64,000 bases of DNA, taken from Planctomycetota bacterium (lineage in GTDB: Bacteria > Planctomycetota > PLA2 > JAEUHO01). The stretch's first letter is position 1. Each line of letters starts with the position of its first letter. Of the stretch, positions 1 to 11,428 are shown piece after piece. The translations under genes were made by a program, and so were the position numbers. The notes beneath the pieces were generated by a model. It ran no database searches. It worked only from the letters and a program-made list of their open reading frames with translations, and had not been told where the DNA came from. The stretch spans positions 576,001 through 640,000 of the forward strand of contig CBDCTJ010000001.1 in assembly GCA_965222115.1 (NCBI GenBank), written 5' to 3'.

Positions 1-775
<775 letters not shown>

Positions 776-776
<1 letters not shown>

Positions 777-2350
777 TGGCGCCGGACGACGTTTTCGTAC
801 CCCATCCGGTTTCGACCCCCATGCCGGAACGCGACGCAGGCGCATCCGACGACGGACTTGCGTACACCGAGGGCGAACAGTTGCTCGCGCTCTTCAAAGA
901 CAACATTGAGGCCATTGCGATCGCCATCGTCATGGCACTCGTGATCAAGTTTTTTTGTGTGGAAGCCTTTCAGATTCCAACCGGATCGATGCAACCCACG
1001 CTCATGGGAGAACACGGAGGTCGCCCCGGTGATCGCATCTTGGTGGATAAGTGGGCCTATCTGTTACAAGACCCCGCCCGCTGGGACGTGCCGGTATTCC
1101 GCTACCCTCTCGATGAATCCAGGAATTTCATTAAGCGCTTGGTCGGGCTACCCGGCGAGGAGATTCGCATCGGCCCCTTTGGCGACATTTGGATTCGCAA
1201 CGCCGCCAAAGCACAAGAAGAGCGCACCGACTTTGAGATTGCCCGCAAGCATGCCCGCGCACGGAATCAACTGTTTAGTCCTGTGTATCCGCCCGCGGAA
1301 CTTCCGCGCGCCAATCGGAGCTTGCGGGAAGACCATCGCGTGGGCAACCCCGACAGCCGATTGGGCCCGGAACACTACTGGCGACGCCTGAACGACGAAC
1401 GCCACGCGTGGTCATTTCCCGCGCTGGGACGGTTTGAATTCGGCGGTGGCGAGCAAGCCGGATTCGAAAACATCTACACCATCACGAAACACACCTCTCC
1501 CTCATCGTGGTACCAGGTTGGTGCCAGCGCACAGGCCGTACGCGACATACGCGTCATGGGAACGATCACGTGGCTCGCTCCGCCGAAGGGCTCGCCGACA
1601 CCCGTTCAGGACTCTTCATTTCGCCTGTCGTGGCGTCCGGATGATCACTTTGAAGCCGATTTCGTCATATCGAACGACCCCAAACATTCCACGGTCCACA
1701 TTCGGCGGGATGACGTCTTGGTTGCCCGCAAGGCCATCAACCTGCGCGGGGGGCCGGGAGCGTCATACGCATTTTCATTCGAGTATGTCGATGGCGATGC
1801 CCGCTTGACGATCGACGAGACCGAGATTGCCGTCGTCCCTGACGGACGGGCCGTGGACGACGCGATCGATCAAAACAAGCAAAGCCTATCGGTCTTCGCC
1901 GAGGGCAGTGCGCTCGTGCTCTCCAACGTCCGTATCCACAAGGACTTGGTGTATGGCCGCGACGGCGCACACGCGGAAGAGATCCGCAGCGGGATGGTGA
2001 TTCCAGACGACAGCTACTTTATGTTGGGCGACAACACCGACCACAGCAAGGACAGCCGTCGTTGGGACATTACCTGGAGACGACTCAAGGACGGCGCCGT
2101 CATTGAATACGACGACAGTGAGAGGAATTTCGAGCGCAAGGTGGATCGCAACGACCCCTCCATCTACTGGAACGTGGTTACGGACCGCAAGGGGGTCGAA
2201 CGCCGATGGCAATCCGACGAGGAAGAACCTGGCGGTCGAGGCGAGCGATACGCACCCTTCGTGCGACGGGAACACATTGTGGGGCGGGCGTTTTTGAAGT
2301 TCTGGCCTCTCACGCCCAACTTTCCCAATCGACTTGGGTTTATTCACTAA
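776..2350 (+). CDS. lepB: Signal peptidase I with a large insertion
   Basis: IPTGSMQPTL (catalytic Ser), FIKRLVGLPGE (catalytic Lys), YFMLGDNTDHSKDSR; lepA-lepB synteny. Confidence 0.93.
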
Positions 2351-3102
2351 TGTCATTGTTGGAAGCCCGCGAACTGCTGAAGGCCTACCGAAAGCGCGTT
2401 GTCGTAAACCGCGTGTCGTTGCATGTAGAACCCGCAGAGATCGTCGGTCTCTTGGGTCCCAACGGCGCAGGGAAGACAACCACGTTCCGCATGGTGCTTG
2501 GCATGGTGCGACCCGACCGCGGCGAAGTTTTGTTTCAGAGCCGCCCGCTGACCAAACTGCCTATCTACAAGCGCGCGCGACGCGGTATTGCCTACCTTCC
2601 TCAGGAACCCAGTGTGTTTCGGCGCATGACCGTTGAAGGCAATCTCATGGCGATCCTCGAAGCCATGCCCCTACGTCGTGCCGCACGCAAGGAACGCGCA
2701 AGCAAGCTCATCGACGACCTCGAACTCGGTCACGTACGCACGTCGCGCGCCGAGGTGCTATCCGGCGGTGAACGGCGACGCCTGGAACTTGCCCGTGCCT
2801 TGGTTCACGATCCCACATTGCTTTTGCTCGACGAACCGTTTGCCGGCGTGGACCCCATCACCGTTCAGGAGATCCAAGGCATCCTGCGACGGCTGCGCGA
2901 CGAAAAAGGCATCGCCATCCTGCTCACCGACCACAATGTGCGCGAAACGCTCGCCATTACGAATCGCTCCTACATCATCGCAAGTGGGTCGATCTTGCGC
3001 CACGGCACGCCGGCAGAACTCGTACGCGACGAAGTGGTACGGCGAACCTACCTCGGCGAGGGCTTCTCGATGCCCGAACTCGCTGACCCCTCCCCGGGCT
3101 AA
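2350..3102 (+). CDS. lptB: LPS export ABC transporter ATP-binding protein
   Basis: GPNGAGKTT, YLPQEPSVFR, LSGGERRRLE, LLDEPFAGVDP, TDHNVRETL; ATG at 2350 overlaps the lepB stop (TAATG). Confidence 0.93.
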   Translation: MSLLEARELLKAYRKRVVVNRVSLHVEPAEIVGLLGPNGAGKTTTFRMVLGMVRPDRGEVLFQSRPLTKLPIYKRARRGIAYLPQEPSVFRRMTVEGNLMAILEAMPLRRAARKERASKLIDDLELGHVRTSRAEVLSGGERRRLELARALVHDPTLLLLDEPFAGVDPITVQEIQGILRRLRDEKGIAILLTDHNVRETLAITNRSYIIASGSILRHGTPAELVRDEVVRRTYLGEGFSMPELADPSPG

Positions 3103-3183
3103 AACTGATCGACCCGATGTTCACTGGGGCCGCGGCGCTTCGGCCGTACACTCCTCTCCCCGACTGAGTTCCCGGAGGCTTCC

Positions 3184-3933
3184 ATGCACATCGTGGTCTG
3201 TATCAAACGCGTCGTGGACACCGAAACGCGCGTCAAGATTGACGACACCGGCAAAGCCATTGCGCTGGACGGCGTTCAATTCATCATGGCGCCCTACGAC
3301 GAAATGGCGGTGGAAAAGGCCATCCAATTGCGTGACGCCGCAGGCGAGGGCAAGGTCACCGTGGTCACGATGGGACCGGCCGGTGCTACCAAGGAGCTTC
3401 GCACCGCGCTTGCTATGGGCGCCGATGAAGCCATTCACAAAGTAACGGAGTCAAGCGCGGGGCCCCTTGCCACCGCGAAGGTACTGCGTGATGCCGTAAA
3501 GGACCTGGGGGCCGATGTAATTCTCTGCGGCAAGCAAGCGACCGACGTAGACGACGCCGCCGTCGGACCGATGTTGGCGGCGTTGCTCAATCTTCCCTGT
3601 GTGGCGTTCGTGGATGCGCTCACGGTTGAGGGCGGCAAAGCGAACGTTGAACGTGAGATCGACGGGCTTCGTGAGTCTCTCACAGTCACGTTGCCCGCTG
3701 TATTCACGGCGCAAAAGGGGCTGGCCGAAGCGCGCTATCCCGGTCTCAAGGGAATCATGGCTGCGAAGAAGAAGCCTCTCATGGCGGAAGACGTGACCCC
3801 CGAGTCGGGCAAGAGTTCCTTGCGTTCGTTGACGCTACCTCCCTCACGCGGCGCCATGGTCACCATTGAACCGACCGCCGATGGCATGAACGACCTGTTG
3901 CAGAAACTTCGTAACGACAAGAAGGTGATCTGA
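3184..3933 (+). CDS. etfB: Electron transfer flavoprotein beta subunit
   Basis: MHIVVCIKRV, ALAMGAD, GKQATDVD, RYPGLKGIMAAKKK. Confidence 0.96.
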   Translation: MHIVVCIKRVVDTETRVKIDDTGKAIALDGVQFIMAPYDEMAVEKAIQLRDAAGEGKVTVVTMGPAGATKELRTALAMGADEAIHKVTESSAGPLATAKVLRDAVKDLGADVILCGKQATDVDDAAVGPMLAALLNLPCVAFVDALTVEGGKANVEREIDGLRESLTVTLPAVFTAQKGLAEARYPGLKGIMAAKKKPLMAEDVTPESGKSSLRSLTLPPSRGAMVTIEPTADGMNDLLQKLRNDKKVI

Positions 3934-3934
3934 G

Positions 3935-4903
3935 ATGGACGTATTGATTTATGCCGAGTGCAGTCAGGGCGATTCGGGTCTCGCGATCAAGCGTTCCGCG
4001 TTTGAACTGGCCACGGTTGCGCGCAATCTTGCGGCGGGCGGTACCGTCTCCGCGTTGGTGGTCGGCGGGCCAGAGGATAGCGCCACCACGCTGGGCGAGT
4101 ACGGCGTAACGCAGGTACTCAATGTAGGGGGCGATTCGTTCCCTCGCTATGGACTGGAGAGCTACGCGGCCGCCCTGATCGCGGCCATTGAGAAGACGTC
4201 CGCAGGCGCCGTTCTTCTGGCGGCGACGGTAGCGGGCAAGGAACTTGGCGCGTATGTAGCGGCGCGAATGGATCGCGGACTATTGGCTGACGTGGTTTCG
4301 GCAACGGTTGATGGCGATAACGTCATCGGCAACAAACCGCGTTTCGCCGGTAAGGCCTACGCGGAGATTGAAGTGCCTACGCCCTGTGTCGTAACGGTGC
4401 GCCCCAATGCTGTGGCGCCCGAAGCTGCACCGACATCCGCAAGCGCAACATCACTTGACGTGTCCGTTGGTGAGCAACGCATTCAACTCGGTGAACTCAC
4501 GGGCGCAGGTGAGAAGCAACTCGAACTCACAGAAGCCGATATTGTTGTCTCGGGCGGTCGCGGCATGGGCGGTCCCGACAACTGGGATTTGATTTTGAAC
4601 TTGGCCGAGGCCTTTGGTGCGGCGCACGGCGCATCGCGAGCCGTATGCGATGCCGGCTGGCGTCCACACGCCGAACAAGTCGGTCAAACCGGCAAGACCG
4701 TATCGCCCAAGCTCTACATTGCGTGTGCGATTAGCGGAGCGATTCAACACGTGGCGGGCATGAGCAGCAGTAAGGTGATCGTCGCCATCAACAAAGATGC
4801 CGAAGCACCTATTTTCAAGATCGCCGACTACGGCATCGTGGCCGACGTGAACGACGTGCTCCCCCTGCTCACGACGGCCGCTAAAGCGTTCTTGGACAAG
4901 TAG
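3935..4903 (+). CDS. etfA: Electron transfer flavoprotein alpha subunit
   Basis: IVVSGGRG, GASRAVCDAGW, QVGQTGKTVSPKLYIACAISGAIQH. Confidence 0.97.
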   Translation: MDVLIYAECSQGDSGLAIKRSAFELATVARNLAAGGTVSALVVGGPEDSATTLGEYGVTQVLNVGGDSFPRYGLESYAAALIAAIEKTSAGAVLLAATVAGKELGAYVAARMDRGLLADVVSATVDGDNVIGNKPRFAGKAYAEIEVPTPCVVTVRPNAVAPEAAPTSASATSLDVSVGEQRIQLGELTGAGEKQLELTEADIVVSGGRGMGGPDNWDLILNLAEAFGAAHGASRAVCDAGWRPHAEQVGQTGKTVSPKLYIACAISGAIQHVAGMSSSKVIVAINKDAEAPIFKIADYGIVADVNDVLPLLTTAAKAFLDK

Positions 4904-4977
4904 CCCACGAGGCGATGTAGGATTGCTGGTACGTCGCGTCCGACCCACGCACGTCAACATCCAGTAGTTAAAAAACC

Positions 4978-5523
4978 ATGCCAACCGCCGACTCGCCCGG
5001 GCCGCTCCCTGTTGAGAGCGCACCGTCCGCTCCCCTTGAACGCGCTCCGACAGATTCGCGGGAGGGGATCGACGCCGCTGCACCCCCACCGCCTAGCCGT
5101 GCGCCCCAGCATCAAACACCCGCGTTCACGCCGCCGCCCAAACGCCAATTTCCCGATCCGATTCCCGGTCGGGGTCGATTTCGGTCGTTCGTGCTCGATC
5201 GACTGCGAGCCAGTCCACTGCTCCAGGGCTGCATGGTTCTCGCGTTTCTCTGTTACGGCGCCATGCCGGTCATGCTGTTTTGGCACGCCGATAGCCCAGC
5301 GATCCGGTTCTGGTTCGCGATGATGATCGTGATGAGCTTGGCGTCGTGGACGCTGCTCTTCCATTGGTATCCCGTGCTGGAAGAGACGCAGAAGGCGCTT
5401 GGAAACAACGAGAAGGGTCGCATGATAGGTGGTGTTCTTGAGTCGCTCGCGATCGGATGCGTCGTCGTCGTCCATGTCCTTATGGCGATTTCCATCCTTC
5501 GCCAAGCAGGGATAGGGTTATGA
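4978..5523 (+). CDS. Hypothetical membrane protein (Pro-rich N-terminus, ~3 TM)
   Basis: Three hydrophobic stretches; ATGA overlap with the next gene. Confidence 0.65.
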   Translation: MPTADSPGPLPVESAPSAPLERAPTDSREGIDAAAPPPPSRAPQHQTPAFTPPPKRQFPDPIPGRGRFRSFVLDRLRASPLLQGCMVLAFLCYGAMPVMLFWHADSPAIRFWFAMMIVMSLASWTLLFHWYPVLEETQKALGNNEKGRMIGGVLESLAIGCVVVVHVLMAISILRQAGIGL

Positions 5524-6875
5524 CACGTCACCGACACACCCCCATCAACTGGCACACCCCCACCAACTCGGCCCACTTCGTTCAACGTCTTACGTTTCTC
5601 GTTTTCGTGATGGCCGCGGGGTGTTGGACGACCGACGCGTTTGCCGATGAACCACCGCCCACATGGGGCACGCCTGCACCACCGTCAAGTGCAACGCCTA
5701 CCCCGACGTCCCGTGCTTTGCCTCCACCCACTGTGCGCAAGAAGCGAGAAGGCGTTCCATTCAAACTCAAGCCCGTCGTCGCGCCCCCCAATCATCCGGG
5801 CACCACCGCGATGCCATCCGGCACAACAGCAACGCCGCCAACGAATTTCGCAACACCATCCCCAGGAACGGCAACTGGCGGTACGTGGGAAGTTGTGGAC
5901 CCCAATCGAGTCCAACCTCGAGCGACTCCACAATGGCCCGAGACTTCGTCCACCAACAAACCTCACGAGGCGCCGGGTACAAATCAACCGCCCGCAGAAG
6001 CAATGAGCGAAGGTCGCTGGTCCATGCCAGCAACGGGCGACGGTGAACCTTACGTACCGCCCGCAACGCCAGAGGCGGATTCTTGGAGCGAACCCTCTGA
6101 GGGTTCCGAAACCGCACCGGATGAGATTTGGAAACCCGCATCGCGCACATCGCCCCGTGTCCCGTCGAATGAGCAAGCGCCATCCGGCACAACGGGGCGC
6201 AACACGACGGAGAGCAATGCAACCGGGTCGAGTCGAATCGTCGAACTAACCAAGCGTCACAACCAGACATCGCCAAGTGGCGAACCTGCACTCGTACTGC
6301 ATGGCGTCTTTGAGGCGGTGGCGGAACGCGGCAATGATCTCCATGTCGCCGCGTGGTTTATTGATCGCGAAACGAACAATCGTCTGCGTTCCTTACGCAC
6401 GCCCTATGCCGATCAGTCGGGCCACCTCACGGCACAGAGCCGCGCGGTCCAGGTCACCGACGGGCTTGCGCGATACGAGTTCAACTTGCACGTGGCCTAC
6501 GCGGCCTTTCCCAGCAGCACGCGAGGCGCCAGTTACGACGTGGATGCGTGGGTACAGCTCTATCGACACGAGTCCGACCGCGAAGTTCGCGTGCTTGCCG
6601 AACGAAAGACGTCGTTCCGCGTATTCGCATCGGCCACACCTGCGCCTGCAGACGGCGATAACGATGCGAAGAGAGCACGACAAGACGAAGCAGGTCCCAA
6701 CTACCCCGTACCTGAAGACTCCCCTTCACCTGAAGACATTCGGTGGAGTTCGCCCCAGGAACGCGAGGCGCCGGTTGCTGCGTCGCCGAGTCGTCCTCTA
6801 CGCACCGCACGCCCTAAGGCGCCGCGCGATCCATCTACGTTGCCCGCTCCGAAAGTTCGTCGCGTAACGAAATAA
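5520..6875 (+). CDS. Hypothetical exported Pro/Thr-rich protein with one beta-rich domain
   Basis: Signal-like segment ending AFA-DE, low-complexity linker, globular ~130-aa region. Confidence 0.6.
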   Translation: MTRHRHTPINWHTPTNSAHFVQRLTFLVFVMAAGCWTTDAFADEPPPTWGTPAPPSSATPTPTSRALPPPTVRKKREGVPFKLKPVVAPPNHPGTTAMPSGTTATPPTNFATPSPGTATGGTWEVVDPNRVQPRATPQWPETSSTNKPHEAPGTNQPPAEAMSEGRWSMPATGDGEPYVPPATPEADSWSEPSEGSETAPDEIWKPASRTSPRVPSNEQAPSGTTGRNTTESNATGSSRIVELTKRHNQTSPSGEPALVLHGVFEAVAERGNDLHVAAWFIDRETNNRLRSLRTPYADQSGHLTAQSRAVQVTDGLARYEFNLHVAYAAFPSSTRGASYDVDAWVQLYRHESDREVRVLAERKTSFRVFASATPAPADGDNDAKRARQDEAGPNYPVPEDSPSPEDIRWSSPQEREAPVAASPSRPLRTARPKAPRDPSTLPAPKVRRVTK

Positions 6876-7133
6876 GCGCGTGCCGGTCTAGCCCGGACTA
6901 TTCATGAAGCGCGCGTCGAGAAGTCCGCAAGCACGCGTCCAACTGCCGTTCGCTCACAAATTTTAGTGCCGCTTGGCAACTACAGATTGTTCTCGCGAAG
7001 GATTCGGATTCAAGGTCGAAGCGGTGGTTCTGAGGCGATGCCAAAAGCATCGTCGAACGGTTTTCCGCAAAGAGATTGGAGTCGAAGACCAGCGAGAACC
7101 GCGCGATTTGCGCCAGTTCATGAATAGTCCGGG

Positions 7134-7817
7134 CTATGCCTTGAACTTGTACCCACTGCCGCGCACGGTCTGAATCCAACGCGGGTCGGTGGGATCGTCA
7201 TCAAGTTTTTGGCGAAGCTTGTTGATGAAGTTGTCAATGGTGCGCGGCGTGCCGTCGTAGTCGTAACCCCACACCTTGTTGAGTATCTGATCGCGCGAGA
7301 GTACCCGCCCACGGTTTTGAATCAAGTGGCGAAGCAATTTGAATTCGCGCGTAGATAGCTCTTTGAGGGTTCCGCGCACGTTGAGCATTTGACCGGCAAA
7401 GTCAATGTAGAGCCCTTCCTCTTCGAAGATCTCGACGTCACCTTCAATCGCACGACTGCGACGCAGCGCCGCCTTGATACGGGCGGTCAACTCGCGAACG
7501 GAGAACGGCTTTGTAATGTAGTCGTCGGCGCCCAGTTCCAAACCGAGTACTTTGTCGCCCTCGTCGGACTTGGCCGAAAGAATAAGGATGGGAATCGTGG
7601 TGTCGTACTTGCGGACCGTCTTGCACACTTCAAACCCGTTCACGCGCGGCAACATAATGTCGAGCACGATCAGATCGGGCTTCTTGTCGAACGCGCGCTG
7701 GATGGCCTCTTCTCCGTCGGTGGCAAGTTCCACCGAGAAGCCTTCGAACTCAAGGCTACGCTGCAAGCCGAGACGAATGGCGGGGTCGTCTTCGACGATC
7801 AGAATGCGTGCGTTCAT
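7134..7817 (-). CDS. OmpR/PhoB-family response regulator
   Basis: ILIVEDD, LDIMLP, GADDYITKPF, C-terminal wHTH IQTVRGSGYKF. Confidence 0.96.
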   Translation of the reverse strand: MNARILIVEDDPAIRLGLQRSLEFEGFSVELATDGEEAIQRAFDKKPDLIVLDIMLPRVNGFEVCKTVRKYDTTIPILILSAKSDEGDKVLGLELGADDYITKPFSVRELTARIKAALRRSRAIEGDVEIFEEEGLYIDFAGQMLNVRGTLKELSTREFKLLRHLIQNRGRVLSRDQILNKVWGYDYDGTPRTIDNFINKLRQKLDDDPTDPRWIQTVRGSGYKFKA

Positions 7818-7949
7818 TGTGGACGATGCTCCGTAGCCAGGGATCTTGACGCTCGTCGCCTGGCCTACATGCGGACACAGGTTCGTAGCGTCACGAGGCA
7901 AGCCCCGGCAGGGCTCGCACCGTACGCACTCGGGGCGACAGCGACGCGG

Positions 7950-10049
7950 TCAGGAAACTGACTCGCTCTTGGCAATCTTCCTCGTTTGCGGGGGCACATT
8001 GTGTACGGGATCGAGGGTCGCCTGGGGAGGAGAGGGGCCCTCTGCAGACGTACGCGTGACACGCGGAAAGCGCAGCCGAAAGCGGGTTCCTTGTCCCTGC
8101 CGGCCCGTTTCAATGTCGATCGTGCCCCCGTGCGCACGAACGATCGTTCGGACCAATGCGAGGCCAAGTCCGGTACCGGAGACCGGTTGCGTCAGCAGTT
8201 GTTCGGCGCGATAAAACATCTCAAACACACGCCGCCGCTCCCCCTTTGGAATGCCGATGCCGTCGTCTTCCACGACGAGTTCGAGGCGACGCCCGCGCAC
8301 GGCCGTGGCGACGCGAATATGGGCCTCATCGCCGCGCCGATACTTCCACGCATTGGAAAGCAGATTGGTTACAACGTCGTTGATGGCGTCTTGGTCGAGA
8401 CGCATTAAGAGCGGGGAGGGGCCCAGCGAAATGTGAAGGTGGAGTCCGGACTCGGAAACGATGCGCCGAAAGCGGGTGGTGGCCTCGCGCACAGGCACAT
8501 TGAGATCGCCCGCAACGAGTTGTTTGCCCGGTTCAAAGCCTCCGGCGCGGCGAGCCACCTCAATCATGCGACCCACGATGCGCTGGAGGCGATCCGACTC
8601 GGCGGATATGACCGAATAGGCCTCTTCGCAATCTTCGGGCTTTTTGATTTTTCCGTCTTGAAGCATCTCAGCGAACAGTGAAATGCTCGTAATTGGCGTC
8701 TTCAACTCATGCGAAAGATTGCTGACGAAGTCGGCTTTGAGTTGTGCCAAACGCATTTCGCGCGTGAGCAGGCGCAGCAAGACATAGCCGCCAATGCCCA
8801 TCCCGGCGCCGGCCAACCCAATAATGCCCCAATAGAACCAGTTCGTGGAATCGTCTCGCGGGCGCGACGGGTCGCGCACCTGGAGCAAGGCAACGCGATA
8901 GGGAAGCTGCCAACCCGGAGGTGACGCCATGGACTCACTGCGCGCAATCACATTTTCGTCAGGCAGTCGCGCGCGATCGGGCACGAGCCGCACATCCATT
9001 CCCAACCCTTCAAATCCCATCTGTTTGGCACGTTGCGAAATGAACTCCGAAACGCGCTCGGGTCGCATGCGAAACACGACAATGCGACCGGCCTCACCCC
9101 GCGGCACGGCAGCCAACAATGTGTCGTCACTGGCCTCCACGACGGGCGCGTCTTCCACACCTAAACGCAACGGGGACAGTACGGAGTCGAGTCGCTGGTG
9201 AAACTCAGGTTCACGAAGTTGGTCACGGAGCTCTCGAAGCGAGGCGACTTCCCAGGCGGCGTACTCGGGCGCGGTCGTGGGTAGCGGCCCCAACATGATG
9301 TCGATTTCCTTTGACAACTCGGCGAGTGCGGCCTTCAAGTCACCGGGATTGATGTCACTGCGACCCAGATTGAGCGTTTCCACTTCGATGGCGCGACGCA
9401 GTGCCTTGCGGAGATCGGCCACATCCGGACCATCTCCCTTGCCTTGGTTGGCCGATCGCAGCATCTTCGTGGCGTACTTGACGGCAAGTGGGTAACGCTG
9501 TGGCTCACCGGGTTCCTGACTGGTCACGAGCGGCCACCATTCGGCAACCGACATCCACTTCTTGAGCGCCGCGTCAGGGCCCTGCGCACGTGCCGCTTCC
9601 GCTGCGGCGGCCTCTTCGCGCGCGGCCGACGTTTCATCTTCAGCATTGGCCGGTGCGGTCCATTCCGCGAATCGTTCGGGCGGAAGCCAGAGTCGAACAT
9701 CGCCGTCGATCCAGCGCACGGCACCGGTGCCGTCTACTTCAAACGCACCCAAGATCAACGAACCACCGGGACGTTCCACGATGCGCTTGAGCGCACCGCC
9801 GCTATCACACTCCCGGGCGTAGTTGGTGAGCTCCAGCGAAAGCGCTTCGCGCACCGACGAACGAAGCTCGCGCAGTTTCTTGCCGGCCTCTTGAAGGGCG
9901 TCGCTACGTGCCCGGGTCTCGGCTGCATCGCGGCTATTGGCCAATGCCCACAACCCAAACGCGGACACCGCCAACACGAGAAAGAACACCACCAGCACAA
10001 TCACGACGGCGGTCTTGGACCAGCGAGGCAGGCCGCGTAGTTCACTCAT
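7950..10049 (-). CDS. Membrane sensor histidine kinase
   Basis: Two TM segments, H-box SHELKTPITSI, NLLSNAWKY, DDGIGI, GTGLGL. Confidence 0.95.
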   Translation of the reverse strand: MSELRGLPRWSKTAVVIVLVVFFLVLAVSAFGLWALANSRDAAETRARSDALQEAGKKLRELRSSVREALSLELTNYARECDSGGALKRIVERPGGSLILGAFEVDGTGAVRWIDGDVRLWLPPERFAEWTAPANAEDETSAAREEAAAAEAARAQGPDAALKKWMSVAEWWPLVTSQEPGEPQRYPLAVKYATKMLRSANQGKGDGPDVADLRKALRRAIEVETLNLGRSDINPGDLKAALAELSKEIDIMLGPLPTTAPEYAAWEVASLRELRDQLREPEFHQRLDSVLSPLRLGVEDAPVVEASDDTLLAAVPRGEAGRIVVFRMRPERVSEFISQRAKQMGFEGLGMDVRLVPDRARLPDENVIARSESMASPPGWQLPYRVALLQVRDPSRPRDDSTNWFYWGIIGLAGAGMGIGGYVLLRLLTREMRLAQLKADFVSNLSHELKTPITSISLFAEMLQDGKIKKPEDCEEAYSVISAESDRLQRIVGRMIEVARRAGGFEPGKQLVAGDLNVPVREATTRFRRIVSESGLHLHISLGPSPLLMRLDQDAINDVVTNLLSNAWKYRRGDEAHIRVATAVRGRRLELVVEDDGIGIPKGERRRVFEMFYRAEQLLTQPVSGTGLGLALVRTIVRAHGGTIDIETGRQGQGTRFRLRFPRVTRTSAEGPSPPQATLDPVHNVPPQTRKIAKSESVS

Positions 10050-10141
10050 GGTGTGCGAGGTGTCCGGTTTGAAGGGCCGAAGACGCCTTCGACCAAACGG
10101 TCAAGGTAGCACACACGCGTTGCAACGGAGCCGGCCGAAGG

Positions 10142-10921
10142 TTACGAAAGCGGGCGTAGGTCGGTCGTAAGGTGTCCCGGACGCCATGTGGGCGAACCCT
10201 GCTCGTCGCGTATCAACAGCCCGCGCTCAAGGTCGAGATCAAGCAAGTCGCCTTCGATCGCCGTGCCCCCCACGTTGCATCGAATGCGCTCCCCCACAAA
10301 TGCCATGCGCTCTCGCCATGCCGTAGCCATCTGCGTGTGGCCTGCGGGCGCCAAGTCGATGGCGCGCTGGCGAATATCAAAGCGTCGCAACAATCGAATC
10401 AGAATCTCGTCGCGGGTTGGCGTTCTTCGCTCGCCGGTTTCGGTAGCAATCGACGTGGTTCGGGCGGCAACATTGGCATCCAATCCCTCAGGGACACCGT
10501 CTATGTTGATGCCGATACCAATCAGCACACACGCGTCGCGGCCGGATCGCTCTAAGAGAATGCCACCGACTTTCTTGCGCCCGATCAGCACGTCGTTGGG
10601 CCATTTGATGGCAACGCGCGATTGGCCCACGTCAATCAAAGCGTCACTTGCGGCCACGGCCGCCAACGCAACCGTGTCGGCGGTGCCGTTCATGCCGCGG
10701 GGTGCAACAAGCAACGTCGTATACAGGCCGCCCGGCGGTGAAACAAACGATCGCCCTGCGCGTCCCCGTCCGCCGCGCTGCGTATCGGCAACGACCGAAA
10801 GACGAAACGGCGCGCCTTCATCACGAAGACGCGCCGCCTCTAGTTGTGTGGATTCGAGCTCGTCGTAGTGCCGCACGGCCCAACCCGTCGCGCGTTGCAC
10901 GTGACCAAGCGTCAACGGCAT
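10142..10921 (-). CDS. birA: Biotin-protein ligase (no HTH)
   Basis: QRGGRGRAGRSF, IKWPNDVLI, KVGGILLE, GIGINI. Confidence 0.92.
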   Translation of the reverse strand: MPLTLGHVQRATGWAVRHYDELESTQLEAARLRDEGAPFRLSVVADTQRGGRGRAGRSFVSPPGGLYTTLLVAPRGMNGTADTVALAAVAASDALIDVGQSRVAIKWPNDVLIGRKKVGGILLERSGRDACVLIGIGINIDGVPEGLDANVAARTTSIATETGERRTPTRDEILIRLLRRFDIRQRAIDLAPAGHTQMATAWRERMAFVGERIRCNVGGTAIEGDLLDLDLERGLLIRDEQGSPTWRPGHLTTDLRPLS

Positions 10922-10966
10922 TCCGAGTCCGTAGGTGTGTGAACGATGCTTGAAGTGGGCGTGGCG

Positions 10967-11266
10967 TTAGCTGTCTACCCCTGCCTTCTCTTTCATGGCC
11001 GCAATGTTGGCTGCGACCATCGGCTTGACCGAAGTGAAGAATCCAAATGCAAACACAACCGACCCGATTGCGATCAGCAACCAGTTAAACTCGCCGGTAT
11101 CGCCAATATGGACTCCAAGCACGGCGAACAGCCACATGACCGCAGAGATTGCCGCGCCGACTAGCATCAATAGCGCTGACTGGGCTTTCCCCTTTTGCCA
11201 CATCCAGAAATTTAGCACTGCTAGAGCAGCCCACGCGAGCATGAGCAAAATAAGGTAGATCTTCAT
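10967..11266 (-). CDS. Small 3-TM membrane protein (99 aa)
   Basis: MKIYLILL start with GGAGA RBS; three hydrophobic helices. Confidence 0.7.
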   Translation of the reverse strand: MKIYLILLMLAWAALAVLNFWMWQKGKAQSALLMLVGAAISAVMWLFAVLGVHIGDTGEFNWLLIAIGSVVFAFGFFTSVKPMVAANIAAMKEKAGVDS

Positions 11267-11428
11267 GATGTCTCCGCGCCCCAAAATGCGCCGGAATCCA
11301 GCTGGGGCGTGGCGCCATGAAAGCCCGCTCAGAATCGGTGTCAAGGTTCCGTTAGCTAAATTCTCACATAAATCCAGGGGACGCGGACTCCGTCTGACAG
11401 GCGTGCGGATTTCGCGTTCAATAGGGCC

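Noticed and set aside
2206-2349. N-terminal extension of lptB in the ORF track
   Set aside because: Overlaps lepB; the TAATG coupling supports a start at 2350.
6898-7179. Small ORFs between convergent genes
   Set aside because: No RBS or motif, and they overlap the response regulator.
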